Source: Rhynchobatus australiae (Eukaryota). From it: a stretch of 64,000 nucleotides of DNA. Under the pieces are notes generated by a model. The model saw nothing but the letters and a program-made list of their open reading frames with translations, did not search any database and was not told where the DNA came from. Positions 13,761-25,625 of the stretch are shown here, piece by piece; positions within the stretch are counted from its first letter, which is position 1, and every line of letters begins with the position of its first letter. Made by a program: the position numbers and the translations under genes. Location: contig JAUZTB010000118.1 of assembly GCA_034780895.1 (NCBI GenBank), forward strand, positions 57,704,898-57,768,897. The letters are read 5' to 3'.

Positions 13761-14539
13761 AAAAAATTTTAGATCACGTGTTCCAATTGCTCTGAATTCA
13801 TTAACCATAAGGGAAGAATAAAATATTTCTCTCCAAAATTGATTGCTAAGATATTCTGGTGGGAGAAGCAGGATTTGAAAGAAATGAGAATGTCATTATT
13901 ATATTAACTGAGAGAAACGTGACTTCACTGGATCATCAATACAACTGGATAATTAACTGCGATCGGCTTATTAATCAGTCATGATTTAAATTGATTCTAG
14001 AACAGGCTTAATTGGATTAAGATCTACTCTTTTTCCTCAGTTACTGCAAAATTAAGGCAAAGCAGTGCCACTTCAAAATGGTGCTGCAATGTACATGCAC
14101 ATTTTTGGGGGAGAATCTTGAGGTCGTCATAATGCATACAGTGACAACTGTAATTTTGAAGCTTAATGTTTCAGCTAGTCTCTTGCACAGCTGAACAGGG
14201 ATTCAGCATTAGAGATTTAACCATGAGGAGATATCCCTCTACCTGTGCTGATTAAAGGATCAACTAACTGCTGGATCGGGGCTAATAGATTTCGTCTGGT
14301 CATTGGTATAATTCCACAAGTGTTTTATACTTTTTGGAGTTTTTCAAATTGTTGAAATCTACAGGGAGGGGTGTATCCAAGTGCTGAAGGATTTTATTTT
14401 GATTTTAGTTTCTTCAAAAACCAACTGTTCCCAGATACGGTGCATTTGCATACATTCCCTTTGGGATACAGCATGATTGGTGAATCAGCAGAGGGCACGC
14501 AGAGCAGGAGTGAGGAGGAGGGAAAGGGCTTTCAGTTCA

Positions 14540-14960
14540 GGAACGTAGAAACAAGAGTAGGCCATTTATCCNNNNNNNNNNTCCTTTTAAGCCTGTTCCA
14601 TCACTCAGCAAAGTCATAACTAATTTGAGAACCAGCTCCAAGTTCCTGTCTTTTTCTCATAACCCCTAAAATCAGCCTTGGCCTTAACACTAACAGTTGA
14701 TCTAGCATCAATTGTCCTGTGTAGAAGAGAATTCCAAACTCCTACCACCCTATTGCACACAATATTTCCCAACGTCACTCCTAAAAGGCTTATCTATAAT
14801 TTTTAAAGTAGGCTCACAGTACTCCAAGTATGGTCCACTGAAAGCTTTACTGTCTGTAATTTTGGCAGCTATACTACTCTACTCCACTGCATTAGACACA
14901 AAGGCCAGTGTGCCATTACCATTTCTGATTGTATTTTTCTGTACCTGCCTATGACATTTT
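14540..14960 (-). mobile_element. Old CR1 LINE 3' fragment
   Basis: gaacgtagaaacaagagtaggccatt... and cacagtactccaagtatggtc are reverse-complement CR1 3' UTR and RT C-terminal (RPHLEY-like) motifs. Confidence 0.55.
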
Positions 14961-15574
14961 AATGGTTTGCAGGACAAGCCATATCCTTCCAGGGCACTCC
15001 TTGACCAATTGTCCCAACATGAATATCAGTGAAAAGAGTGTTTGAGGTTTCTGTGCTTCAGGAAGGATGTCTGAATTGAAATCTGCCACATTTCTCTAGC
15101 TACTACTGTAACTTCAAGCAGGGGATAGGCTGCATTGGCAGTGACTGTTAATCTGATCTGGCCATGAGCCTGTTCATCAACTGCTTCCCACTCGTGCTGA
15201 AGTTGAGGGCACCATATTCTCTTTCCCCAGAGGGCAGCAGGTGAAGCAAGCACACGACTTTGGCAGTGTGCATGCACCCCCCCCCCCCCAGACCAGGATG
15301 ATATGAGCTGCATGCATATTAATTATGCATGCTGCACATCAGTTCTGCTCTGTTCCAAATTCCACTTCCTCACTACCCATCTGGTGCATGGCCATGGGCA
15401 ACAAATCACATGGGGCAGTTCCTATTTTCCATGCAGCAGGCTTCTGCATAACTGCAGCTGAGCCAACACGGTAAAACTAAAGGGTAGTTATCAGGTGATA
15501 ACTGATGTCTCCAGTCTGCAAGCCAAGCACAAGTGGGTAGCTTGCAATTAATCCACAGTGCTCCATGAAATCCA

Positions 15575-15640
15575 ATGAAGCAGGCTATGGATATGATTAA
15601 ACAAACCCTCCAATGTCTGGACTGCTCTGGTGAAGTGGGT
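15575..15640 (+). pseudogene. PIF/Harbinger (HARBI1-like) transposase relic
   Basis: MKQAMDMIKQTLQCLDCSGE resembles the IEQTIGxLKxRFRCLDRSGG motif of Harbinger DDE transposases. Confidence 0.4.
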
Positions 15641-16859
15641 ATCAGGATTTCTAAAGATCATCAGCATGGGATACAGCTTCATCATTATAAGAGGATAGAT
15701 TTTGGCACCAGTTTCATGGTGATTCATTGTAGAGCAGGTGGACAAAGAAGAGGATGGGATGAGGCAAAGTAGAAAGTCCCTTTCTGCCAGATAGTTCATG
15801 AAGAACTCATTTGATTGATAACAACTTTGCTCAGCCCCAATTCCGCTTTCTCCAACAGTCCCAGATGATTCTTTCCATCTGTCACTGACTGCCATAATGT
15901 CCTTTTGGTTATCACAAAATAAATGACATTTATACATTAAACCATGTTGTTATAAATTACTGTTTGCTGAAATAATTAAAATGAGGTGGTAGCAGTTGCT
16001 GCCTGTAATTCAATCAACACAGCGATAAAACATCACCTCATACACACTTTTGTTTTAGCCCTCAATATTTTTAAATCATCATTACTTCGGTCTCAAGCTT
16101 AGAAATTCTATTGTCTTTTATGACCTCTATGTTAATAGTACAGTTGAATTTTTTAATTTTTTTTTAGAGAAACTCAGAAACCGATGCAGGGTTTCAACCC
16201 AAAACATTGACGAGTCCTTTCCTCCCACAAATGCTGCTCGACCTGCTGAGTCCCTCCAGCAGATTGTTTGTTGCTTCAGAAACTTAGTAGTTTTACTTTT
16301 CTGCCTGGGTGCCTTTACTTTTCTGCCTGGGTTGCTTATTTGTTCAGTGTGTTAAAAAATGGAGACGCCTGGACTTCCTCGGCAGTAGCCAACAGCCTGG
16401 ACCTTGCTTCTCAGATTTTCAATTCTCCGTGGACATTGCAGACCACTCAAGCAGAAGCAGCCTTTCACAGCACATTAGATGTCTGCTCCTTTATTAGCTA
16501 AACAGGACCTGTCCAAAAAAGATACAGGCTATGGAATCTAATGGAAACAGCCTGCTTCATTAAGTTAAAAATTTGACCTCATAGTAGTTCTTCCTTGCAG
16601 CCTGCCAATCCAGTTGAAAAGCCAACCCTAGCATCTTGATTGCAAGGCTAACCTGTCCCTGACTCTCCCTCTCCTCCCTCCGGTCCTCATTCCCTTGTAC
16701 ACAATTCAATTCCAACCAACAAACCAGGCCTTCAACCATCCTCTTCTGAGCTCTGCCATNNNNNNNNNNNNNNNNNNNNNNNNNNNNNNNNNNNNNNNNN
16801 NNNNNNNNNNNNNNNNNNNNNNNNNNNNNNNNNNNNNNNNNNNNNNNNNNNNNNNNNNN

Positions 16860-16914
<55 letters not shown>
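16860..16914. repeat. (CA)n microsatellite abutting a gap
   Basis: Pure AC run directly visible. Confidence 0.98.
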
Positions 16915-16917
<3 letters not shown>

Positions 16918-19619
16918 TTAAAGGAACCTCACTAGTTGTAACCTAGTCCGTAACACTTAAGCATTCAAGGCCAATCAATAGCACATGAAGCCTTTGACCT
17001 TATGCACTGGAGAATATTTCAATGGCAGCAGGACTGGAAAGAAGGCTGATGGTTTGCTGGGCTGGGAAAGAATTTCCAGGCCAGGACATCTGTATAAATG
17101 AGTAATATTGCTGGATCCTGGCAGATGATGCCAAGCACTTCTTTCTTCTTTTAGAAGAAATGGAAGATAGATACTCTGAACTGTTTTCAGGAAAATTTTA
17201 TCAGAACAGTAAATATTTTCTAAAGGATTAATGAGGTAATTTATTTCTGGCAATAATATTGTGCGGTACAATATATGAATAATTTGAATCAAGTCACGTG
17301 AAAAGGCAGCATGCTTGGGAGAACAGGTAACTTTGGATCAATGGTTTCCAAAGCGCTCCACCAGTGAGGATTGCTTCTGCTCATATTTGGGTCTTTAGAA
17401 TATTAATAAAGAGTGAATCCTATAATTAATCACAAACTCCATGATCATTGCATCATTGAACTGTCAGGCTAGTTGAAACATGATGGACCTTTTGATTTTC
17501 TTCTAGCAATTCCTACTTTCCATAGACATTTGAGAATATCAGCAATTTCTTTATAGATGTTTTTACAGTATTTGGTTTGCTTGGAAAAATAATCACGTGG
17601 AAGCCAAGCATAAAGAATGGGATTGGACCAGAGGTAAAAGCATTCAACCCAAAGCTCCATACTTTTCCTGTGTATAATTATTGCTCAACCCAAACTCTGC
17701 CAAATTGCATCAAATTCCCCATTAGCAAGTTTTAGTCAGCCAGAGCAATGATCAGCGAGCAACAGGCAGCTAATATATGCATATATGTGACCTGCATCTT
17801 CTGAAGTATGAGCTATCAGACAGACTTTCAAGAGCTTGTTACTCATTCAGTATAAAGCCTGTCCTGGGTTCTTGGTGACATTGGTCAGGAAGAAGATTGT
17901 ATCAGCATCTCTTAAACAGGTCCTCAAATTATCTTGTCTGCTCTTACTGAGAAGCTGCTGGATTATTTGTCCCCATGATGTTCACAAAGATACCCTGCCT
18001 TGGGTGTCTCTGCTTCCCCTGTGACAAAGCTATGTCACCTACTACAGCAGCACCCACACCAGGTCACAGTCCATCAGTAGCTGAAACTAGGATTGTCAAT
18101 CCTTCCGGCTAATTTCTAGGACACTTAAGGACAAAAATTAAGAAAATGTACTTTTCTTTCATTATCATGAACACTTATGTTTGTTAATTGGATAAGTTGG
18201 ATAAGGGATAAGAGACAGCATTCCTGACAAGAATCAACTAATTCATTAATAAAAATTCTTTTCACTTTCCAGAGAGCTGATGTACCATTAGGATAGACAT
18301 GTTAGTTGACCAATGAGGTGGACCTGGGGTGTCACAGTTGGAAGCAGGACATCATGTGATGAAACCTCCAGCCAACCAAAGTTATCAACTGTCGGCTCAG
18401 AAGGTTCCCCTGTTCCTGATTTCCCAAACCTAGAGGCTATTATAGGCTGCAGCAAGTGAGATTTGTTCTGAAAAAGAATGTGCAATGCATGATTTTGTCA
18501 AGGTAGTGATTGATGAACTCTTTACTAATCACTTTCCTTCCAGAGATCACATTAGCAGGATCAGCGGGATCATAGACTTTTCCGGGTGGGGGCTGCGTTG
18601 ATTACACTCGAGTGGTCATGCAAGATTCATTTTAAGATATTCATTTGGTCCGTGACCAGAGATAAAACACCAGGCTGGTCCATGCTTGGTGTCACAGCAG
18701 TCACCACAAGACTTTATCTTCCAGCCCAGATCATCGACTGTCAGGGTAGCTGTTCGGGGATAAGAGGGAATTCACTGAGCACAATACCTGTTGGGGATCA
18801 GACCAGACGAAAGCTGGAGAAATGTAAGCTGTAGTTGTTCAAATGTCCAGCATCCTGAGCCAGAGATTTTGCCCTCTAGAGGGGTCTGGAAGCATCCTTG
18901 TTACCATTTGCTGCATTTTTCATGAATTACTCTATGGAAGGGTAACACTTGGAGCCACCTGAAAAGGAAGAAGATTGGCAGATATGTGAGATTGGTTTCT
19001 CTAGATTAATGACCAGGCAGTGAGGGTAAAAATTCCACCAGTGATTTATAAGTGCTCTCACATTTAATACATGTAAGTCTGAGTTTAAAATCATGGCTAT
19101 ATTTAGATCATAAAGCAGATGCACTAGGGATGACTTGAACCAAGCTTACCTGGCTTTCCTGACTGGAATTGGGAAGCAGCTGATGGAAATCTGAGATAAA
19201 GAAGAAAATGGTAGAAATATAGAGAGTCTAGAAAGAGAAACAGATTTATCGATTCAGGTGAAAAGTCACCGACCTAAAATGTAAACTTTCTCTCTCCACA
19301 GATGCTGCTTGACCTGCTCTATATTTCCAGTTTTCTGTTTTCAGTTTCCTGGCTGAAATCTCATGTCTGTCAGAAAGTCAGGGTATAAAGTGAGTGGCCC
19401 ATCCAATCCTGTGAGCTTTTGCTGAAAGAGATCATTTCAAATAAATCCCCAATTATATGAAAGGACAGTTGAGTATTCCTGCTGTCAGCTTGTAATTATT
19501 GCAAGAAGGACATGAGGGTTAAAACAGGATAAATATAAACCTTAGAATTTCTCAGACATCGGTCACAAACTTTTAATACATTGTTTATTGATAGAATACA
19601 AGAAACAATAGTTCTATAG

Positions 19620-19950
19620 AACCCTAGAACCATAGAACAATACAGCACAATACAGGCCCTTCGGCCCACCATGTTGTGCCGACCTTTAAACCACGCCTAA
19701 GNNNNNNNNNNNNNNNNNNNNNNNNNNNNNNNNNNNNNNNNNNNNNNNNNNNNNNNNNNNNNNNNNNNNNNNNNNNNNNNNNNNNNNNNNNNNNNNNNNN
19801 NCACTTCTATCATGTCTCCCCTCATCCTCCTTCTCTCCAAAGAGTAAAGCCCTAGCTCCCTTAGTCTCTCCTCATAATCCACACTCTCCAAGCCAGGCAG
19901 CATCCTGGTAAATCTCCTCTGCATCCCTTCCATCACTTCCACATCCTTCC
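19620..19950 (-). mobile_element. CR1 LINE 3' end, interrupted by a 100-N gap
   Basis: Minus-strand EVMEGMQRRFTRMLPGLESVDYEERLRELGLYSLERRRMRGDMIEV; tail motif catagaacaatacagcacaatacaggcccttcggccc. Confidence 0.9.
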
Positions 19951-20362
19951 TATTTCTCTCATTTTAAAATTGGACACTCTAATTTAGCAAAATAGCTGAA
20001 GTGTCCAGAAAGCTGTACATAAATCATAAGCTCCATTCAAGTGAAAGAGTGAATTTTCTCATGGGCCACTGGGCCATCTGACAGCACACCAGTCATTTTA
20101 AGATGCTGCAAGATGGGATCAGTTCATAGTGCATTATAACAAATAAGGTGCAACTTCCTCCCACTGCCTTGATTTTCATCTGAGCCTCCCTTCTGTGGGA
20201 AGGCTACGGTAAAACTCCATTAAACCAGCATGCTCAGAACTTTGGGCGCTGGACTGGCAGACTTTCCAGACTATTGACCGTTATTCCACCTAATACTCCA
20301 ACACACTTTTCGTTCACTTTTTTTTAATGTTACACAATAGAATAATAATGTTTCCTGCAAAC

Positions 20363-20697
20363 CCAGTTAGTTTAAAGGGAGTGCGGGAAAGAGAACATGG
20401 TGCATTTCAAGGCAGTGCGAAAACTGGTCCAGTGAGTTTAAAGGGATTGTGGGAACCATGGTCCCGGTGAGTTTAAAGGGAGCACAACAAGAACTGGGGC
20501 CTCAGTGAGTTTAAAAGGAATTTAGGAACCCTGGACCCAGTGAGATTAAAGGGAGCTCAGGAACTGGGAGCTAGTGAGCTTAGAGGGACCACAGAAACTG
20601 TTGCCTTGGTGACTTTAAAGGGACTGTGGGAACCAGAGCCCTGGTGAGTTTAAAGGAACCAGGACCCCGGTGCATTAAATGGAGTGTGGGAACGGGG
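20363..20697 (+). repeat. Degenerate ~35-bp minisatellite, about 10 units
   Basis: Recurring core ggtgagtttaaaggga..gggaac..ggnccc; a final partial unit (ggggccccaatgtgttaaa) resumes at ~22775 after the retrotransposon. Confidence 0.85.
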
Positions 20698-20734
20698 GCT
20701 CCTCAGCCTTTTGGCTAAGATCAAGTGTAGTATC
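20698..20734 (+). pseudogene. U2 snRNA 5' fragment (nt 4-40) forming the head of a Tx1 element
   Basis: gctcctcagccttttggctaagatcaagtgtagtatc matches vertebrate U2 nt 4-40 at 35/37 and includes the branch-point-pairing GTAGTA; the rest of U2 is absent. Confidence 0.9.
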
Positions 20735-20902
20735 GACTTGTGGTGGATCTCTACAGACACCGACATTGAAGGAAAGGCATCGATGACTCTTCGTGATCAA
20801 GCAGCTACCTGATGAGAGCTTAACATGCTGACACAGAGGAGGATCCTAATGCTGGTTGGGAAACCAGTTTAACCCCTCTATTCAGCAAGCAACCACACCA
20901 GG

Positions 20903-22283
20903 ATGGCGGCAACAATGAGCACCTCGGGAGGAGGGATCCGCAATACGGTCCGGCTGACGGTGAAGAATCTCAGCGAAGGGAACTCTTTCACGCGGGACCT
21001 CTCCATCAGAAAGGTCTTGCTGGATATTTGCAAGTTCGAGGTGAAGGATATCTACTGCCTCCAGGACTTCACGGGTAACGGATACTTCGACGTTGCCTTC
21101 AAGCTCCCGACGGGATGGCAGGAGCTGCTGCGGGACTTTCGGGAGAAGGGGAACGAAGCTCCGCTGTCACCGCTGAAGGTGCAGCCACTCTTCACCCTCC
21201 CCACCCAGTAGCAACACGTGGTAACGGTGCACATGCTTAACCCACATGTGCCCGTGGTGGATGTCCTCACCTTCCTGGCTCGTTACGTCGAGGGAACAGG
21301 AAGCTGCGTTGACATCTAGGACCTGCTTGGAATCTGGACCAGCAAGCGCCAGGTGAAGGTCAAGCTGAGAGTTGATGCAAATGGATCCATTATCCACCCT
21401 CCCCCCCCCCCCCGTGTTCACCATCAGAGGGAACATGGATACATGGTGTACACGGGACAACCCAGGAAGAGTCACAACTACAACAAACCCGGACACGTGG
21501 CGGCCCAGTGCAGCGCAGTCATCTGCAAGAGCTGCAAGCAAAGGACTGTCGGGAAAGCAAATGTTGCAACCTGTGAGGGGAAGCAGCCACCTCTACAAGG
21601 CCTGCCCCAAAATGGTCCTGTACCTACACACAGCCAATAAGAGGGGGCGTCAGCACCGACAACACCCTGATGAACACCAACACACACCCCACCAGCACAG
21701 TGGCCCCAGAAGAATCGGAGACCAGGAGGGGTGAGGACAGGCCGACCGCCTCGAGCTCCCAACCCCCAGCCACAGACCCCCCAGCCCCCTCCCCAAGAGG
21801 AGGAGTCAATGGAAGAGGGAGTGAGGGAGGGACAAGAAAGGGAATGGCAGGTGGTGAAGAGGAAGGCGGCACAGAAGACACCACCCAAGAGATAAAGGGC
21901 CACAGAAAACAAGGGTACCGGAAAGAAAAGAGTAATGCAGCAGATGGACACCAGCAACCTCTCTTCGTCAGAGGATGAAAACAACAGCGGAAGCCGATGA
22001 CAGAGACAGAGGAAGTGGCAAAATGGAGGAGAGAAAACAGAAGAGAAGCAACAGACAGGAACAAGTGAGGGAAGAACCCTGCCCGCCGACCCCCAGCTCC
22101 AGGAGACCAGGAGCAGCACAGAGGCTGTCACCTCCCAGCACAGCATCCGATGCACCCCAGCACTGGGAGATGAAAGAAACTGGACCACCAGAGGAAAGAA
22201 CAAGGGCACAGATGGATCCCCCACCCCAGCAACACCACCAGCCTCACCACAAGGGGCCCCACACCCGGGGGAGACCACTCCCA
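20903..22283 (+). pseudogene. Disrupted Tx1 ORF1 (ZCCHC3-like RRM + CCHC knuckle gag-like protein)
   Basis: MAATMSTSGGGIRNTVRL...IYCLQDF..GYFDVAF...VTVHMLNPHVP...GIWTSKRQVKVKL...YTGQPRKSHNYNKPGHVAAQC..CKSCK, with in-frame stops (21209, ~21317), a frameshift in a poly-C run and a low-complexity tail. Confidence 0.8.
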
Positions 22284-22383
22284 NNNNNNNNNNNNNNNNN
22301 NNNNNNNNNNNNNNNNNNNNNNNNNNNNNNNNNNNNNNNNNNNNNNNNNNNNNNNNNNNNNNNNNNNNNNNNNNNNNNNNNNN

Positions 22384-22536
22384 GCCCGAAAATTGTTGGT
22401 CTCCCAGCACTGTGAGATGTCCGTAGGGGAATGCTGCCAACTGGCACATTGCAAGCTGCAGGAGGACGTGCTGAGGGACGCACTGAAGTTGAGTGCAATC
22501 AACGCAAGGGCTCGGTGGAGAAGCACGACATTTTAG
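22384..22536 (+). pseudogene. Tx1 ORF2 extreme C-terminus
   Basis: ARKLLVSQHCEMSVGECCQLAHCKLQEDVLRDALKLSAINARARWRSTTF* resembles Tx1-clade ORF2 ends; the rest of ORF2 is absent or hidden in the 100-N gap. Confidence 0.7.
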
Positions 22537-24724
22537 GGTTCTTCTGCCACGGGAGAGGGAAGGGTGGGTCAGGCAAGGAAGCCCCTCAATTATTGTAAAT
22601 ATGGGATTGGAGTATCACCCCAGGGAGCCACACGAGTGGCATCAGTGCTGTGTTTTTTATATATAAACAGTAATATTAAGAATTGATCTGTACACAAATG
22701 TAAAGGTTTGAACTGTTTTATTATATTATATAGTTTCTTTTATTATGAATAAGGTTTATTTTGGTTATAAAAGTGGGGCCCCAATGTGTTAAACACAACA
22801 CTGGAATTAGCACCTGCTGAGCCAAATGCCAAACCATCGGGAATTCTGAAAAATTAGATAGCGGATTATTTAAAGCTTTACTGTACGTGAACCTTGATGG
22901 GATGCTGGCTGTACTAAAGGCTCAATTCAAACTAAACAAATGCAACCTGTTGTTGGATTGCTTCAAGGGTGAATTACGAAGCAGGGGATCCAAACATTGG
23001 CCTGGAAACGCTGGCACGCTCGTGTTGGGACATGGACAGGGCAAATGGTGCAATTCTGGGACTTGAATGTCATGGTTTGATATTTCCCTTATTCATTTCC
23101 ATAGCTGTAAATGAAGTGCCGGCCATGGCTGGCTGGGATTGCAAACAATCAGTGGGTGGTAGAGGTTACTGAGTAACTGGGAAAGGCTCAATGCTGCCTG
23201 TGCGCAAGGGTAGCTGAGGTGGATAATACGATGGTGAGGAGAGACCAATATTTTTGTATCATAGACTTGGGAGGTATATTCGAAACACATAGGGGCCTTT
23301 TGAATGTCCAAGTGCTACTTTGGGGGAGTATATTGAGCAGATGGTGAATGCAGTTGGGCATGATCCACCTGGAAATATGTCCTGTATTCAGTGCACAACT
23401 TTTATTAAATCATATATTCCACTGTTACTGTAATCCAGGTCTGCACATCAACGCTCCTACCTGCACCAATATGGCCATAAATACTCATCCAGCTTGCAAT
23501 AATCTTGCACCTCCTGTCCACCTTGTTGAAAGCTAAGAAGTCCACTTAATTTCTGAAATAGCCTTGTAACTGAATTTCTGGTCATGGGTATTAGCATCCC
23601 CAATAAGTGAAAATATTTTATTCAGCTGGAGCAAAGCCTGTCTATATATCTGTATGTTTAAGTATAGATGCATGGTGAGCTTGCATCACACAATGTGTTA
23701 GCGGCATTGTAAACATCGCACTGTGACCTTTCTCACATGCTGAAGGAAGTTTACAGTTTTGCTGTGTAAGAAAGTTAGGAAATCTTCCAATTTGTTTAGG
23801 AAGGACATATTTCAAAGAATCAGAAACACACAATATTGATACTGTTATACTGAATATTTTAATTTAAAAGATGTTTTTCATTTTAAAAAATTCTTTGATT
23901 AAAGTTTTAATTGTCTTAGAGTTGTTTTGAATGTTTCTGAACACTAGAAAAAGATTCCTTAACAACTGGCTGAGTCAGGGGACATGGGTCAGCCAGCTGC
24001 CAACTTTTGTCAGCAGTTTCATGGGGAGGGACTGTCCTGCCCCCTCTACATCCCACTCCCCACGATGCATGAGCAGAAGCCTTGCAATGGTATGGGGCCT
24101 CGGCAATGGATTTGGAACCAACATGATATCACATTGTGAAAAGTGGTTGCAAGAAAGGTAAGTGGTGAGCAGTGACTGAAGCATTGCTGACTCCAGAGTG
24201 CGGAGCATTTATTCCCTCTGATGAGGAAAATCATGAAGCACTTTTCCACACACAGGGCAATTGAAATGTGCAATATGCCCTTCAAAAGTACATAGATGTA
24301 GTCAAATGAAAGTTTCAAGCCTGAGATTCAGTAAAGGTACTGATTTGATGAGTAAAGGTATCAAGTCAACTCAAGGTACAGATTAGCATTGGTTGACTGA
24401 ATGGCAGACAGGCTTTAGATTTTGAGTGTGATGTTCAAACAAAAGCATTTGCAAACCAAATCGTCATCTTCAGGCCTTGCCACAAACTCTGCACAAATAT
24501 TAATTATTTGATTTCTCAGCATAGACTTTGCCTTAGGTTTGTTACAGCTTCAGTCAACTCCAAAGTTACAGCCTCTCCATCTCAAAGACCGCTCGCTTCA
24601 TCTCTGTAAAAGGTCACTGATTATTTGACAACAAATGTGTACAGTTAATACAAGTCAACAAAATCTAAAACCACAAAACACATTTTCTGCAATCTCCCAG
24701 CATTCTACAATATGTGTTTCTTCT

Positions 24725-25625
24725 AATGAAAAATCAACAAGATGCTGGAGGAACTCACCAGGCCAGGCAGCATCCATGGAGAAAAGCAGGCGGTCAATGT
24801 TTCGGGTCAGGAGCCTTCTTCAGGACTGAANNNNNNNNNNNNNNNNNNNNNNNNNNNNNNNNNNNNNNNNNNNNNNNNNNNNNNNNNNNNNNNNNNNNNN
24901 NNNNNNNNNNNNNNNNNNNNNNNNNNNNNNNNNNNNNNNNNNNNNNNNNNNNNNNNNNNNNNNNNNNNNNNNNNNNNNNNNNNNNNNNNNNNNNNNNNNN
25001 NNNNNNNNNNNNNNNNNNNNNNNNNNNNNNNNNNNNNNNNNNNNNNNNNNNNNNNNNNNNNNNNNNNNNNNNNNNNNNNNNNNNNNNNNNNNNNNNNNNN
25101 NNNNNNNNNNNNNNNNNNNNNNNNNNNNNNNNNNNNNNNNNNNNNNNNNNNNNNNNNNNNNNNNNNNNNNNNNNNNNNNNNNNNNNNNNNNNNNNNNNNN
25201 NNNNNNNNNNNNNNNNNNNNNNNNNNNNNNNNNNNNNNNNNNNNNNNNNNNNNNNNNNNNNNNNNNNNNNNNNNNNNNNNNNNNNNNNNNNNNNNNNNNN
25301 NNNNNNNNNNNNNNNNNNNNNNNNNNNNNNNNNNNNNNNNNNNNNNNCCGGTGGATCTGCTCTCCCACCCTCCCCCACATCTCCCTATCTCTACCTCCTA
25401 CCTGCACCTACCTATCACCACCTTGTGCCCACCCTGCCTCCCCTCTTTTGTCCACCTATCACTGCTCTGTTTCTCCCCCTATATGTTGGGCTTCCCCTTT
25501 TCCTATCTTCAGTCCTGAAGAAGGCTCCTGACCCGAAACGTTGACCGTCTGCTTTTCTCCAAGGATGCTGCCTGACCTGCTGAGTTCCTCCAGCATCTTA
25601 TTATTTTTTCATCTAGATTCCAGTC
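24725..25625. mobile_element. Young Penelope-like element with inverted termini (centre in gap)
   Basis: 24730-24830 is the near-perfect reverse complement of ~25508-25612; a pyrimidine-rich tract (25350-25505) precedes the + copy. Confidence 0.75.
25510..25547 (+). ncRNA. Candidate minimal type-I hammerhead ribozyme motif
   Basis: CAGTC-CTGAAGA-AGGCTCCTGACCC-GAAA-CG-TT/GACCG: CUGANGA and GAAA cores, palindromic ACGU stem III, stem I CAGTC/GACCG with one mismatch, weak stem II. Reverse copy at 24791-24828 has ACAT instead of ACGT. Confidence 0.5.

Larger units (their letters stand above)
20735..22772 (+). mobile_element. Tx1-clade non-LTR retrotransposon, Keno-like (U2-associated)
   Basis: Follows the U2 fragment; ORF1 from 20903; ORF2 C-terminus after the gap; A/T-rich 3' end ttatgaataaggtttattttggttataaaa. 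Confidence 0.82.
20207..22883 (+). mobile_element. Tc1/mariner-type MITE hosting an expanded minisatellite and a nested Tx1 insertion
   Basis: TA|CGGTAAAACTCC...AAGCTTTACTG|TA termini; both flanks are homologous (inverted) to 2861-3196. Confidence 0.7.

Noticed and set aside
15310-15332. Palindrome gcatgcata-ttaat-tatgcatgc
   Set aside because: Short and embedded in transposon-derived sequence; no independent evidence of function.
20363-20697. Regularly spaced repeats resembling a CRISPR array
   Set aside because: Vertebrate DNA; the 'spacers' are diverged copies of one another, there are no cas genes, and it is a minisatellite within a MITE.
20698-20734. Functional U2 snRNA gene
   Set aside because: Only nt 4-40 are present, with two mismatches and no PSE, Sm site or 3' box.
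20903-21640. Host ZCCHC3 gene
   Set aside because: Stops, a frameshift and the retrotransposon context show it is a Tx1 ORF1, not a domesticated gene.
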